Part shown: positions 52,677 through 62,137 of the stretch, in pieces
How the letters are laid out: each line of letters begins with the position of its first letter
How positions within the stretch are numbered: position 1 is the stretch's first letter
DNA from: Acidobacteriota bacterium
GTDB taxonomy: Bacteria > Acidobacteriota > UBA890 > WLXD01
Direction of reading: 5' to 3'
NCBI GenBank assembly: GCA_963666055.2
Contig: CAXWPH010000015.1
Location: 1,568,001 to 1,632,000 of the forward strand
Length of the DNA: 64,000 nucleotides
Notes under the pieces: generated by a model
What the model was told of the DNA's origin: nothing
Database searches by the model: none
The model's input: the letters and a program-made list of their open reading frames with translations, nothing else
Translations under genes and position numbers: made by a program

Positions 52677-52763
52677 CCTTGGCATCGCCCTCGTCGCTCT
52701 TCCTTGATCTCGCCAGCAAGACCCACCCGCCAGACCCATCAGAGTTTTTCAGCACCCTGCTAA
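52639..52763 (-). repeat. Diverged copy of the MITE-like family (one TIR + one structured unit)
   Basis: Minus strand ttagcagggtgctgaaaaa...ttgctggcga..caagg-a-agagc-gacgagg-gcgatg..catcgt-cgagga-gctct-gacgc..tcgccagcaa. Confidence 0.7.
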
Positions 52764-54433
52764 AGCTCGAAACGCTTGAGCCGCTCGACGATGTGGTTGC
52801 AGGCGCGAACGGTCAGCGCCATGTAGGTGAGCGACGGATTCTGACACGCCGAGCTGGCCATGGCGCCGCCATCGACGACGAACAGATTCTCGACGTCGTG
52901 GCACTGGTTGTAGCCATTGAGCACCGACGTCTTCGGATCGCGGCCCATGCGCGTCGTCCCCATCTCGTGGATGCACAGCCCTGGTGGCGTGCCGACTGCG
53001 TTCATCCTGATGTCCTTGGCGCCGGCGGCCTCGAGCATCTCGGCGGCCTGCTCGGCGGCATCACGCTGCATGACGAGCTCGTTCTCGCGCCAGTGCATCT
53101 GGATGCGCAGCACGGGAATACCCCAGGCGTCGACCACATCGGGATCCAGCTCGACGTAGTTGTCCTCGTACGGGAGGCACTCACCCCACGCTCCGAGGCT
53201 CATACGCCACGGCCCGGGTCGGCTCATCGATCGCTTGAAGTCGGCGCCAAAGCCCGCCTCACTCATGCCGCGATTCCAGTCGAGGCGTGCGGCGCTGCCC
53301 TGGTACCCGTAGCCGCGTAGGAAGTCGGGGTGTTGATCCCAGACGTTGCGGAACCGGGCTATGTAGACGCCGTTGGGCCGATGGCCGAACGTCGTGCGGT
53401 CGGTCCAACCGTCGAAAGTCCCGGAGGCGCCGACGCTCATCGTGTGATCCATCAGATATCGGCCGAGCGCACCGCTCGAGTTGCCGAGCCCGTCAGGGAA
53501 CGTCGGGTTGGCGGAGTTGAGCAGAATTCTTGACGACTCCAGCGCTGCAGCCCCGAGCACTACCACCCGCCCCTTGAACTCGATTGACTCGCCGCTTTGG
53601 CGATCGATGATCAGCACGCCGGATGCCTTGCCGTTGGCGTAGGTGACATGGCGCACGACGCTGTTGGGTCGAAGCGTCATCTTGCCGGTCGCCGCCGCTG
53701 CGGGCAGCGTGGCGTTGAGGCTACTGAAGTACGACTTGGTGATGCAGCCGCGGTGGCAGGGGCCACAGTAGTGACAGGCGGCACGGCCGTTGTGATCTTG
53801 GGTGAGCACGGCGCTGCGACCGGGCGTCAGCACCCGTTTGCCGCCCCAGGCATTGCCGATCACGGCGCGCACGTGTTCCTCGACGCAGTTCAGTGGCATC
53901 GCCGGCAGGAACTGGCTGTCCGGTAGCTGGTCGAGCCCTTCCGCCTGGCCGCTGATGCCGGCGAAGCGCTCGACGTGGTCGTACCAGGGCGCCAGATCTG
54001 CGTAGCGTAGCGGCCAGTCGATACCGAATCCGTCGCGTGTCGCAGCGCCGAAGTCGATGTCCGACAGGCGGTAGCTCTGCCGCGCCCACATGATCGACTT
54101 GCCGCCGACCTGGCGGCCCCGAATCCACAGGAAAGGCTTGCCGTTGGCCTGTACGTAGGGGTTGTCGACGTCGTCGACGAAGAACTTCTCGGCGGATTCG
54201 TCGCAGGCGTAACATTCCTTCTGGACGGCCTGGCGCTCCGACTGCTTGCGGCGGTCGCGGAGCCCACGAAAACGCTTGGCAAACGGCGGAACGTGCTCTA
54301 CATAGTCGCGCTCAGGAACAATCATCGGGCCGGCCTCGAGCACCAGAGTTTCCAGCCCGGCTTCGCTGAGCTCCTTGGCCGCCCAACCTCCGGTGATTCC
54401 GGTCCCGACGACGATCGCGTCGTAGACCTTCAT
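52760..54433 (-). CDS. GMC family oxidoreductase (glycoside 3-dehydrogenase-like flavoprotein)
   Basis: GTGITGG, VGGKSIMW, CHYCGPCHRGC, YLMDH, HEMG, NPSLT. Confidence 0.88.
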   Translation of the reverse strand: MKVYDAIVVGTGITGGWAAKELSEAGLETLVLEAGPMIVPERDYVEHVPPFAKRFRGLRDRRKQSERQAVQKECYACDESAEKFFVDDVDNPYVQANGKPFLWIRGRQVGGKSIMWARQSYRLSDIDFGAATRDGFGIDWPLRYADLAPWYDHVERFAGISGQAEGLDQLPDSQFLPAMPLNCVEEHVRAVIGNAWGGKRVLTPGRSAVLTQDHNGRAACHYCGPCHRGCITKSYFSSLNATLPAAAATGKMTLRPNSVVRHVTYANGKASGVLIIDRQSGESIEFKGRVVVLGAAALESSRILLNSANPTFPDGLGNSSGALGRYLMDHTMSVGASGTFDGWTDRTTFGHRPNGVYIARFRNVWDQHPDFLRGYGYQGSAARLDWNRGMSEAGFGADFKRSMSRPGPWRMSLGAWGECLPYEDNYVELDPDVVDAWGIPVLRIQMHWRENELVMQRDAAEQAAEMLEAAGAKDIRMNAVGTPPGLCIHEMGTTRMGRDPKTSVLNGYNQCHDVENLFVVDGGAMASSACQNPSLTYMALTVRACNHIVERLKRFEL

Positions 54434-55050
54434 TGAGACTCCTCCAGAACACGACAAGGATCCCACTCGCCGGGAAGGAAGTTGTGCCGCAGCTCCTCGG
54501 TCATCCCCACCTCGGAGGTGAAGTACCCGACCAGCGTCCAGCGCTTCAGCTGGTAGAAGAAATGCTTCGGTGCGCTGGGCTCGGGCCGCTCGTCGGCGTC
54601 GTACGGGTCGTAGTCAGCAGCCCGGTCGGCGGCCAGCAACTCGGCTACCTCGTCGTCCATCGAGGCAGTGATCTCCACCTGTTGCGAGCTGCTGCACTGC
54701 ACGAATGAAGTGCCGAAGCTCGCTTGTGCGCGGTGCTCGAGATCGTTCATCCCGACGAGGAACGCATCGCGCTCCTCGTCCTCCATCCAATCCGTCAGCA
54801 GCGTGTCAATGAACTCCGTAACGCCCGCACCGCTGGCGCCGGGAGTGTCGGTGGCGGGAATGATGATCTCCGCGAGTACCCGTAGCGACCGCGCCTGCGC
54901 AGGCGTCAATGTCCCCAACGGTGTTGGCGCGGTGGACATGGTCTGCCGAACCGTCTGACCCAACTCGAGCAGATGGTTGAACGAGGCGGCGCCAAGCAGC
55001 GGCGTCGCTGCGACCGCGGCGAACGCCTGCAGCGCGTCACGACGATTCAA
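54430..55050 (-). CDS. Gluconate 2-dehydrogenase subunit 3-like protein, Tat signal
   Basis: NRRDAL, IIPATDTPGA, GYFTSEVG; TTG start after GGAGG. Confidence 0.85.
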   Translation of the reverse strand: MNRRDALQAFAAVAATPLLGAASFNHLLELGQTVRQTMSTAPTPLGTLTPAQARSLRVLAEIIIPATDTPGASGAGVTEFIDTLLTDWMEDEERDAFLVGMNDLEHRAQASFGTSFVQCSSSQQVEITASMDDEVAELLAADRAADYDPYDADERPEPSAPKHFFYQLKRWTLVGYFTSEVGMTEELRHNFLPGEWDPCRVLEESQ

Positions 55051-55190
55051 GCTCGCCTCCTTGCGAATTACGGTGGGTTGCGCACAATAGGCGCCGCAAC
55101 AAGTATCACGGACCGCCGCGCGCGGTCCATAGGAGACACGCTCGGCGCGCCAGGCACACCGTGGCAAGCCGGCAGGTGAGGGCAACCGAG

Positions 55191-56747
55191 ATGATGCAGC
55201 GAACCATTCTTCGCGCGGTGCTGGGACTGGCTCTGGTGGCCAACGGCTGCGCCGCACCGGCTGACGTCGACAGCGTGCTGTTGGTAAACGCCCGGCTGAT
55301 TGATGGCACCGGCGCTGCGGCGCGCGATGCGGCGGTCAGGATCCTCGACGGGCGTATCGCGGAGGTGGGCAATCTCACGGCGCTGAACGGCGAGCAGCTC
55401 GTTGACCTCGAGGGTCTGGTGCTCGCTCCCGGCTTCATCGACACTCACAGCCACCACGACTGGGGAATCTTCGAGCGTCTCGAGGCGCGGGCGGCGGTGA
55501 GCCAGGGGATCACCACGGTGATTGTCGGCAGCGATGGTGGCTCGCACTATCCGCTCGCCGATTTCTATGCGGCGCTCGAGAAAACGCCGCCGGCCATCAA
55601 CTTTGCCTCGTACTCGGGTCACAACACCGTGCGAGCGCATGTGCTCGGCGACGACTTCCGGCGACCGGCGACCGACGAGGAGATCGCGCAGATGCAAGCG
55701 ATGGTGCGTGCCGACATGGAGGCAGGCGCGCTCGGTCTCTCCGCAGGCCTCGAATACGATCCGGGGATCTACTCAGATCCCGCCGAGGTAATCGAGCTGG
55801 CGTCGGTTGCGGCCGAATACGGCGGCCGCTATATCAGCCACATTCGAAGTGAGGATCGTTATTTCGAAAAGGCGATCGACGAGATCATCGAGATCGGCCG
55901 GCAGGCTGGTCTTCCGGTGCAGGTGTCGCACATCAAGCTGGCGATCAGGAGCCTGTGGGGACAGGCTGACCGGATCCTCGCCAAGCTCGATGCCGCCCGC
56001 GTCGAGGGCATCGACATCACCGCCGACATCTATCCGTATCCGTACTGGCAGTCGACGCTCACGGTGCTGTTTCCAGCGCGTGACTTCGAAGACCTCGCCG
56101 AGGCGCGGCGCGTGCTGGACGAGATCGTCCCCGCCGACGGTGTGCTGGTGACCACATTCGCGCCGCAGCCAGACTACGCCGGCAAGACCTTGACCGAGAT
56201 CGCTGCGCTGCGTGGCGAAGAGCCCGCCGTCGCCCTGCTGGCCTTGATTCACCAAGCCGAGGAAATGCAAGTGGCGCTCAACGATACCGACGAAGAGAGC
56301 CTGAACGTCGAGAGCATGATCGGCACCAGCATGATCGAATCGGATATCGAGGCGCTCATGCGCTGGCCGCACGCCAACTTCTGCACCGATGGGGCGCTGG
56401 CCGGCGCTCACCCGCGAGGTTTCGGCAGCTACACTCGCGTCCTCGGCCGCTACGTGCGCGAACGAGGCGTGATGTCGCTCGAGGAGGCGGTACACAAGGC
56501 GAGCGGCCTGGCCGCCGATCACATGGGCTTGTCGGATCGTGGGCGAATTGCGCCAGGAATGTGGGCCGATCTGGTGGCGTTCGATACAGAAGCTGTGATC
56601 GATCGGGCGACGACGGACGATCCGCAGGCCGTGTCGCTGGGAATCAGCCGCGTATGGGTGAACGGCGAGCTCGTTCAGTCCGTCGATGGCTTGACGGACG
56701 CCCACCCCGGCAAAGTGCTCAGGCGCGCCCGCGGCGCGATCGAATGA
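55191..56747 (+). CDS. N-acyl-D-amino-acid deacylase family amidohydrolase, putative lipoprotein
   Basis: IDGTG, APGFIDTHSH, SHIRSE, SHIK, HPRGFGS, ADLV.FD. Confidence 0.85.
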   Translation: MMQRTILRAVLGLALVANGCAAPADVDSVLLVNARLIDGTGAAARDAAVRILDGRIAEVGNLTALNGEQLVDLEGLVLAPGFIDTHSHHDWGIFERLEARAAVSQGITTVIVGSDGGSHYPLADFYAALEKTPPAINFASYSGHNTVRAHVLGDDFRRPATDEEIAQMQAMVRADMEAGALGLSAGLEYDPGIYSDPAEVIELASVAAEYGGRYISHIRSEDRYFEKAIDEIIEIGRQAGLPVQVSHIKLAIRSLWGQADRILAKLDAARVEGIDITADIYPYPYWQSTLTVLFPARDFEDLAEARRVLDEIVPADGVLVTTFAPQPDYAGKTLTEIAALRGEEPAVALLALIHQAEEMQVALNDTDEESLNVESMIGTSMIESDIEALMRWPHANFCTDGALAGAHPRGFGSYTRVLGRYVRERGVMSLEEAVHKASGLAADHMGLSDRGRIAPGMWADLVAFDTEAVIDRATTDDPQAVSLGISRVWVNGELVQSVDGLTDAHPGKVLRRARGAIE

Positions 56748-58462
56748 GCTGCGGATCTTCACGAGGGCCGGAGATCATTCGCGGTCGCCAGCAGTGCGAC
56801 GTATGCATCGTGGGCTCCGGGGCCGGGGGCGGCATGAGTGCGAAGGTGCTCGCAGAGGCCGGCGCGCAGGTCGTGATGCTCGAGGCCGGGGGGGCGTGGG
56901 ACGCGGCCTCGGACTCCGCCATGCTCAGGTGGCCGTATGAGTCGCCACGACGCGGTGCCGCAACGCCGGAGCGCCAGTTCGGCGAGTTCAACGCCGGGCT
57001 CGGCGGTTGGTCACTTGATGGCGAGCCGTACACCGTCGCCAACGGCGACGCGTTCGACTGGTTTCGGGTACGCATGCTCGGCGGCCGGACCAACCATTGG
57101 GGTCGGATCTCGCTGCGCTTCGGCCCCGACGACTTCAAGGCACGGAGCGTCGACGGCCTCGGCGACGACTGGCCGATCTCCTACGACGACATCGCCCCCT
57201 ATTACGACAAGCTCGACCGTTTGGTCGGCTTGTTCGGGTCGCTCGAGGGCCGCCACAACGATCCCGACGGAATCTTCCAACCGCCGCCCGAGGCTCGCTG
57301 CTGGGAGAAGCTGATCCAGCGGGCTTGTGTGGGGCTCTCGATTCCCTGCATCCCAGCACGGATGTCGATTCTCACCAAGCCACACAACGGTCGCCCCGCC
57401 TGCCACTACTGCGGCCAGTGTGGTCGCGGTTGCGGAACTCACTCCAACTTCTCCACACCCTCTGTGCTATTGCCTCCGGCCCTGGCTACCGGGCGGCTCG
57501 AGGTGGTGACCCAGGCGATGGCGCGCGAGGTAACCGTCGACGGACAGGGCCATGCCAACGGCGTTGTCTATGTTGACAAGCGCACCGGCCGTGACGAACA
57601 CGTGCGCGCCCGCGTCGTGGTGTTGGCAGCGAGCGCCTGCGAGTCGGCACGGCTGCTGTTGAACTCGACGTCCGGCTTGTTTCCCGACGGGCTGGCGAAC
57701 TCCAGCGGTGTGGTGGGCAAGTACCTGACCGATACCACCGGCACCAACGTGGCCGGCTTCATCCCCGCGCTGGCCGCGGGTGTACCGCACAACGAGGACG
57801 GTGCGGGCGGTGCCCATCTCTACATGCCGTGGTGGCTCGACAATCGACAGCTCGACTTCCCGCGCGGCTACCACATCGAGATCGGGGGTGGCCGGGACCT
57901 GCCATCGTACGGGGTCATGGGCGGCATTCATCGCTACCCAGGCGGCGGTGGGTACGGGCGCGACCTCAAGAACCTGTATCGCGATTACTACGGCAGCACC
58001 GTCGGTTTCGCGGGCCGCGGCGAGATGGTCCCGAACCACAGCTGCTACTGCGAGATCGACCCTGAGGCGGTCGATCGCTGGGGAATTCCGGTGCTGAAGT
58101 TCCACTTCGAATGGAGCGACCACGAGCTTCGGCAGGTGCGACACATGCAGGAGACCTTCCGCGAGATCATCGATGCCATGGGCGGTACGCCGCTGACGCC
58201 GATGCCGGATGAGTCGGAGGGGTACGGTATCCAGCCCGGGGGGCGCATCATCCACGAGCTCGGAGTGACGCGCATGGGCGAGTCCCCGAGCAGCTCCGCG
58301 CTCAACTCTTTTTGCCAGGCGCACGACGCCCGCAACGTATTCGTCGCCGATGGCGGCCCGTTCGTGTCGCAGCCCGACAAGAACCCCACGTGGACGATCC
58401 TCGCGCTGGCCATGCGGACCAGCGAGTACATTGCCGATCAGCTGCGTCAGGGCAACCTTTGA
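56744..58462 (+). CDS. GMC family oxidoreductase
   Basis: GSGAGGG, LGGRTNHWGR, CHYCGQCGRGC, HELG, NPTWT. Confidence 0.88.
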   Translation: MSCGSSRGPEIIRGRQQCDVCIVGSGAGGGMSAKVLAEAGAQVVMLEAGGAWDAASDSAMLRWPYESPRRGAATPERQFGEFNAGLGGWSLDGEPYTVANGDAFDWFRVRMLGGRTNHWGRISLRFGPDDFKARSVDGLGDDWPISYDDIAPYYDKLDRLVGLFGSLEGRHNDPDGIFQPPPEARCWEKLIQRACVGLSIPCIPARMSILTKPHNGRPACHYCGQCGRGCGTHSNFSTPSVLLPPALATGRLEVVTQAMAREVTVDGQGHANGVVYVDKRTGRDEHVRARVVVLAASACESARLLLNSTSGLFPDGLANSSGVVGKYLTDTTGTNVAGFIPALAAGVPHNEDGAGGAHLYMPWWLDNRQLDFPRGYHIEIGGGRDLPSYGVMGGIHRYPGGGGYGRDLKNLYRDYYGSTVGFAGRGEMVPNHSCYCEIDPEAVDRWGIPVLKFHFEWSDHELRQVRHMQETFREIIDAMGGTPLTPMPDESEGYGIQPGGRIIHELGVTRMGESPSSSALNSFCQAHDARNVFVADGGPFVSQPDKNPTWTILALAMRTSEYIADQLRQGNL

Positions 58463-59118
58463 TGAGCCAACGTCCTTCCCACCCGTCCCGCCCGCCAGTG
58501 CCGTCGGCCGCCCTCGACACGACGGACATCAGTCGCCGTCAGGCGCTCGGTCTGCTCGCATCGGCAACCGTGGGCTTTGCCTGGTCACCCGCTCAGGCGG
58601 TGCTGGCGCACGAGCGCGCTGCCGTGGCGCTGCAGCATGCCGCTGCGGCCGGTAGCTCGTACGCGCCGCGCTTCTTCACGGTGCATGAGCTGGCCACGGT
58701 TCGACAGCTTACCGACATGATCATCCCGGCCGACGAGCGCTCTGGCAGCGCTACCGACGCCGGCGTGCCCGAGTTCATGGACTTCATGATGATCGACCAA
58801 CCGGAACGTCAGGTGGCTATGCGCGGCGGGCTGGCGTGGATCGATCACCAAGCACAGGAGCGCTTCGGGCAACGCTTCGTCGACTGCACCTCGATGCAGC
58901 GCGAGCAGCTCCTCGACGACATCGCGTGGCCGGAGCGCGCCCCCCGAGAGCTTCGCCACGGGGTGGCGTTCTTCAATGCGTTCCGTGATCTCACCGCGAC
59001 CGGCTTCTGGACCAGCAAGATGGGCGTCGAAGACCTCCAGTACATGGGCAACGAGTACGTCTCACGCTGGAGCGGGTGTCCGCCGGAACAACTACGCAAG
59101 CTCGGGCTAATCGACTGA
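58462..59118 (+). CDS. Gluconate 2-dehydrogenase subunit 3-like protein, Tat signal
   Basis: SRRQAL, IIPADERSGSA, GFWTS..G..DL.Y.GN. Confidence 0.85.
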   Translation: MSQRPSHPSRPPVPSAALDTTDISRRQALGLLASATVGFAWSPAQAVLAHERAAVALQHAAAAGSSYAPRFFTVHELATVRQLTDMIIPADERSGSATDAGVPEFMDFMMIDQPERQVAMRGGLAWIDHQAQERFGQRFVDCTSMQREQLLDDIAWPERAPRELRHGVAFFNAFRDLTATGFWTSKMGVEDLQYMGNEYVSRWSGCPPEQLRKLGLID

Positions 59119-59169
59119 GCGGGTGGTCGTTGCGGTCCGGTCCCTCCTGCAACGTCACCGTACTGATGA

Positions 59170-59505
59170 TCAGGAGCACCGGTCGGCAAGCGGCAGCCGG
59201 TGCCGCCGCCAACGCGACATGTGGCCGCGCAGCAGGCGAACATCTACGCCACGGTGCTCGAGAAGCTGGCGCGCTAGCCAGGCCCGTGGCCCCAGCTCGC
59301 AGTACGCGACGATCTCCGGTGCGTTCTCCAGTGACTCGGCAGTCGACGCCAGCAGTGCCCTCCAGAGCGGCGTGCGCCGGGCTCCAGGCAGGTGGCCTCG
59401 GCGATACTCCCAACGAGATCGCACGTCGAGAATGACCGGCTCCCCTTGTCCGCCAAGGCGTTCGAGCAACTCCTCTGGATCGATATCGGGCGGTGAGTTG
59501 CGCAT
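59170..59505 (-). CDS. Single-domain rhodanese
   Basis: ILDVRS..EY..GHLPGA, active-site YCELGPRA. Confidence 0.82.
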   Translation of the reverse strand: MRNSPPDIDPEELLERLGGQGEPVILDVRSRWEYRRGHLPGARRTPLWRALLASTAESLENAPEIVAYCELGPRAWLARQLLEHRGVDVRLLRGHMSRWRRHRLPLADRCS

Positions 59506-59633
59506 GACAGTACGGTCCCGGCTGACGTGATAACTTCTGCCTCCGACCTTGGCTGGCGCCCGGGTAGGAGTGCGGTCGGGGTCCACTATACCCGTATCTA
59601 CCGCGGCCAGCGGGTACCTGGAGAAGCGAGCCG

Positions 59634-60611
59634 GTGGAGATCCTCGACGACATTCTGGGCGCGCTCGGCGACACGCCGTTGGTGCGCCTGCGGCGCTTCT
59701 GGCCGCAAGGTGCCGAGCTCGTCGCCAAGATCGAATCGTTCAATCCTGGATCGAGCGTCAAGGACCGCATCGGGCCGCCGTTGATCGCCGCCGGTGAAGA
59801 GTCTGGAGAGCTGCAGCCGGGCGGCACGATCGTCGAGCCAACCTCCGGGAATACCGGCCTGGGCCTGGCCATGGCCGCTATTCTCAAGGGCTACCGGATG
59901 GTCTGTACCGCGGCCGACAAGATTCCCAAGGAAAAGGTGGCGCTGCTGCAGGCCTTCGGTGTGGAGGTAATTCTCTGCCCTACCGAGGTAGATGCGGACG
60001 ATCCGCGCTCCTACTACAAGGTCGCCGAGCGACTGCGCGACGACGAAGGCGCTTATCTTCCCTACCAGTACTACAACCAGGCGAACCCACAGGCCCACTA
60101 CCTCACTACTGGCCCGGAGATCTGGCGCCAAACTGATGGGCGCATCACTCACTGGGTCACTGGAATGGGCACCGGCGGCACGATCAGTGGCACCGCCAAA
60201 TACCTGAAGGAACAGAACCCCGATGTTCAAGTCGTCGGCGTGGACACGGTGGGCTCGATCTACGCCTACTACAAAGAACACGGCAAGATGCCGCCGCAGG
60301 AGCAGATCCACCAGTACCTTATCGACGGGATCGGCGAGGATTTCATGCCCGAGACTGTCTGGTGGGACTACATCGACGAGGTGATCACAGTGGATGATTC
60401 GGCAGCCTATCGCGCCGTCCTCGAGTTGGCCCGCAGCGAGGCCATCTTCACCGGTTCGTCCGGGGCGGCAGCGGCTGTCGGGGCGCGCCGCGTCGCACGC
60501 AGCGCCGCGGATGACGCGCTGGTGGTGACCTTGCTTCCTGACTCCGGTGAGCGTTACCTGTCGAAGCTGAACGATACGTGGATGCACGAGCACGGGCTGC
60601 TGGACGACTGA
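59634..60611 (+). CDS. Cysteine synthase/cystathionine beta-synthase family PLP enzyme
   Basis: NPGSSVKDR, EPTSGNTG, GMGTGGT, GIGEDF, PDSGERYLSK. Confidence 0.9.
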   Translation: MEILDDILGALGDTPLVRLRRFWPQGAELVAKIESFNPGSSVKDRIGPPLIAAGEESGELQPGGTIVEPTSGNTGLGLAMAAILKGYRMVCTAADKIPKEKVALLQAFGVEVILCPTEVDADDPRSYYKVAERLRDDEGAYLPYQYYNQANPQAHYLTTGPEIWRQTDGRITHWVTGMGTGGTISGTAKYLKEQNPDVQVVGVDTVGSIYAYYKEHGKMPPQEQIHQYLIDGIGEDFMPETVWWDYIDEVITVDDSAAYRAVLELARSEAIFTGSSGAAAAVGARRVARSAADDALVVTLLPDSGERYLSKLNDTWMHEHGLLDD

Positions 60612-60685
60612 GCCGGACTGCTCCTGGCCATTCCAGTAGTGTCTGAACCCCGGACGCTCTAGGATCGCGCCGTTTCCGCCACGAC

Positions 60686-60833
60686 CTAGCGGGCAGTGTT
60701 GGAGGTGTGGCGGGCCTGGCGACAGGGTCTTGTGGGGCGGAGGCAGGGAGAAAAGGAGGAGGCGATGGCTACCCCATCCTTGACGACGAACGACGTGGCG
60801 TACGCCCGCAACACACCCACCACGGCCTGCTAG
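60686..60833 (+). mobile_element. Shorter, diverged copy of the MITE-like element (single unit)
   Basis: CTAG at both ends; aligns by eye with 25799-25925 (ctggcgacaggg, ggcgatgg.taccccatc, gacga); right end caccacggcctgctag. Confidence 0.75.
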
Positions 60834-60844
60834 GAAAGGTGCTC

Positions 60845-62137
60845 ATGCCGAGTGGCCTCAGTGGGAGCCTGGCAGCGACCCTGTTCGCCGGAGGCGTGCC
60901 CGCGGCGCTGGTTTTCATTGCGTTGCTGACGCTACGCCGCCGCTATCCGGCGATGCGGGCACTCGGGCTGCCGGCGTCTTTGCTCACCTTTGCGCTCGGC
61001 GTCGCGGTTGCCAACGTGTTGGGTGTTGGCGATATGGACCGCGGCGGTGGCGTGCTGGCGGCGGTCGTTTCGTTCTTCCTCATCGTGGTGGTGATTCGCG
61101 GCGTCATCTACTTCGGCTACGAGGTGCTGCTGAGGCGTCAATGGGACATCGAGGTGCCGCCGTTGTTGCCGCGCGTCACCCGCTTCTTTATCTACGCCGT
61201 ATCGGGCGTGATGATCGTTTCGGTGGCGTTTCCGGATGACAATCTCGGCCCGCTGCTCGCTACCAGCGCCGTTACGTCGTTGGTGTTGGGTCTTGCGCTG
61301 CAACCGATCCTGACGAACTTCTTCGCCGGCGTGGTTATCGCGCTCGAACGTCCGTTCCGCATCAACGACTGGATCCAGGTCGGCTCACACGAGGGGCGGG
61401 TAACCCAGATCACCTGGCGGACGACCTCGATCCGTACGCGCCAGAACGATACGGTCATTTTCCCCAACGCCAACATGGCGCGGGAGACCCTCACCAACTA
61501 CCTGTATCCGCACCCGCTGCACATGTCGAGAATCTATGTCGGGGCCCACTTCCTGACGCCGCCACACAAGGTCAAGGCAGCGATGCTCGCGGCCGCCAAC
61601 CAGGTCGAAGGGGTGTTGGATCGGCCGAGCGCCGAGGTCTACCTAACCAATTTCGACGACAGCTCGATCACCTACGAGCTACGCGCCTGGATCGATGACA
61701 TGGGCCCATTGCGGCGCATCGAGAGCGCGCTACGCACCCAAATTTGGGAGCAGTTCCGGCGCAACGATATCGTCATCCCGTTCCCGATCCGCACGCTCGA
61801 GATCGCGCCGCGCGGTAGCGCGACGCGTGAGCCGGGCACGCCGCCGCCAGCCAGACTGGTGGTAAGCGAGGGGCCTGGTCGCGGCGTCGCGCTCGAGCTT
61901 GCCGACGGCGAGGTTGTGGTCGGCCGCGACCCTGAGTGCGACCTGGTCATATCGGACCCCACAGCCAGCAAGAGACACTTGAGCATCGTGTGGGAAGATG
62001 AGGCGTTCCATGTGCGAGACCTCGATAGTACCCACGGCACCCGGCTCAACGGTGAGCCTGTGGACACCGCCCCGTTGAGTGATTTCGACAAGCTGCAGGT
62101 CGGCGCAGCAACGCTAGTGATCGAGATCGATGACTGA
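60845..62137 (+). CDS. MscS-family mechanosensitive channel with C-terminal FHA domain
   Basis: LGLALQ..L.NFFAG, RPFRINDWI, WRTT, FPN, IPFP; then VGRDPECD, SKRH, DLDSTHGT.LNG. Confidence 0.87.
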   Translation: MPSGLSGSLAATLFAGGVPAALVFIALLTLRRRYPAMRALGLPASLLTFALGVAVANVLGVGDMDRGGGVLAAVVSFFLIVVVIRGVIYFGYEVLLRRQWDIEVPPLLPRVTRFFIYAVSGVMIVSVAFPDDNLGPLLATSAVTSLVLGLALQPILTNFFAGVVIALERPFRINDWIQVGSHEGRVTQITWRTTSIRTRQNDTVIFPNANMARETLTNYLYPHPLHMSRIYVGAHFLTPPHKVKAAMLAAANQVEGVLDRPSAEVYLTNFDDSSITYELRAWIDDMGPLRRIESALRTQIWEQFRRNDIVIPFPIRTLEIAPRGSATREPGTPPPARLVVSEGPGRGVALELADGEVVVGRDPECDLVISDPTASKRHLSIVWEDEAFHVRDLDSTHGTRLNGEPVDTAPLSDFDKLQVGAATLVIEIDD

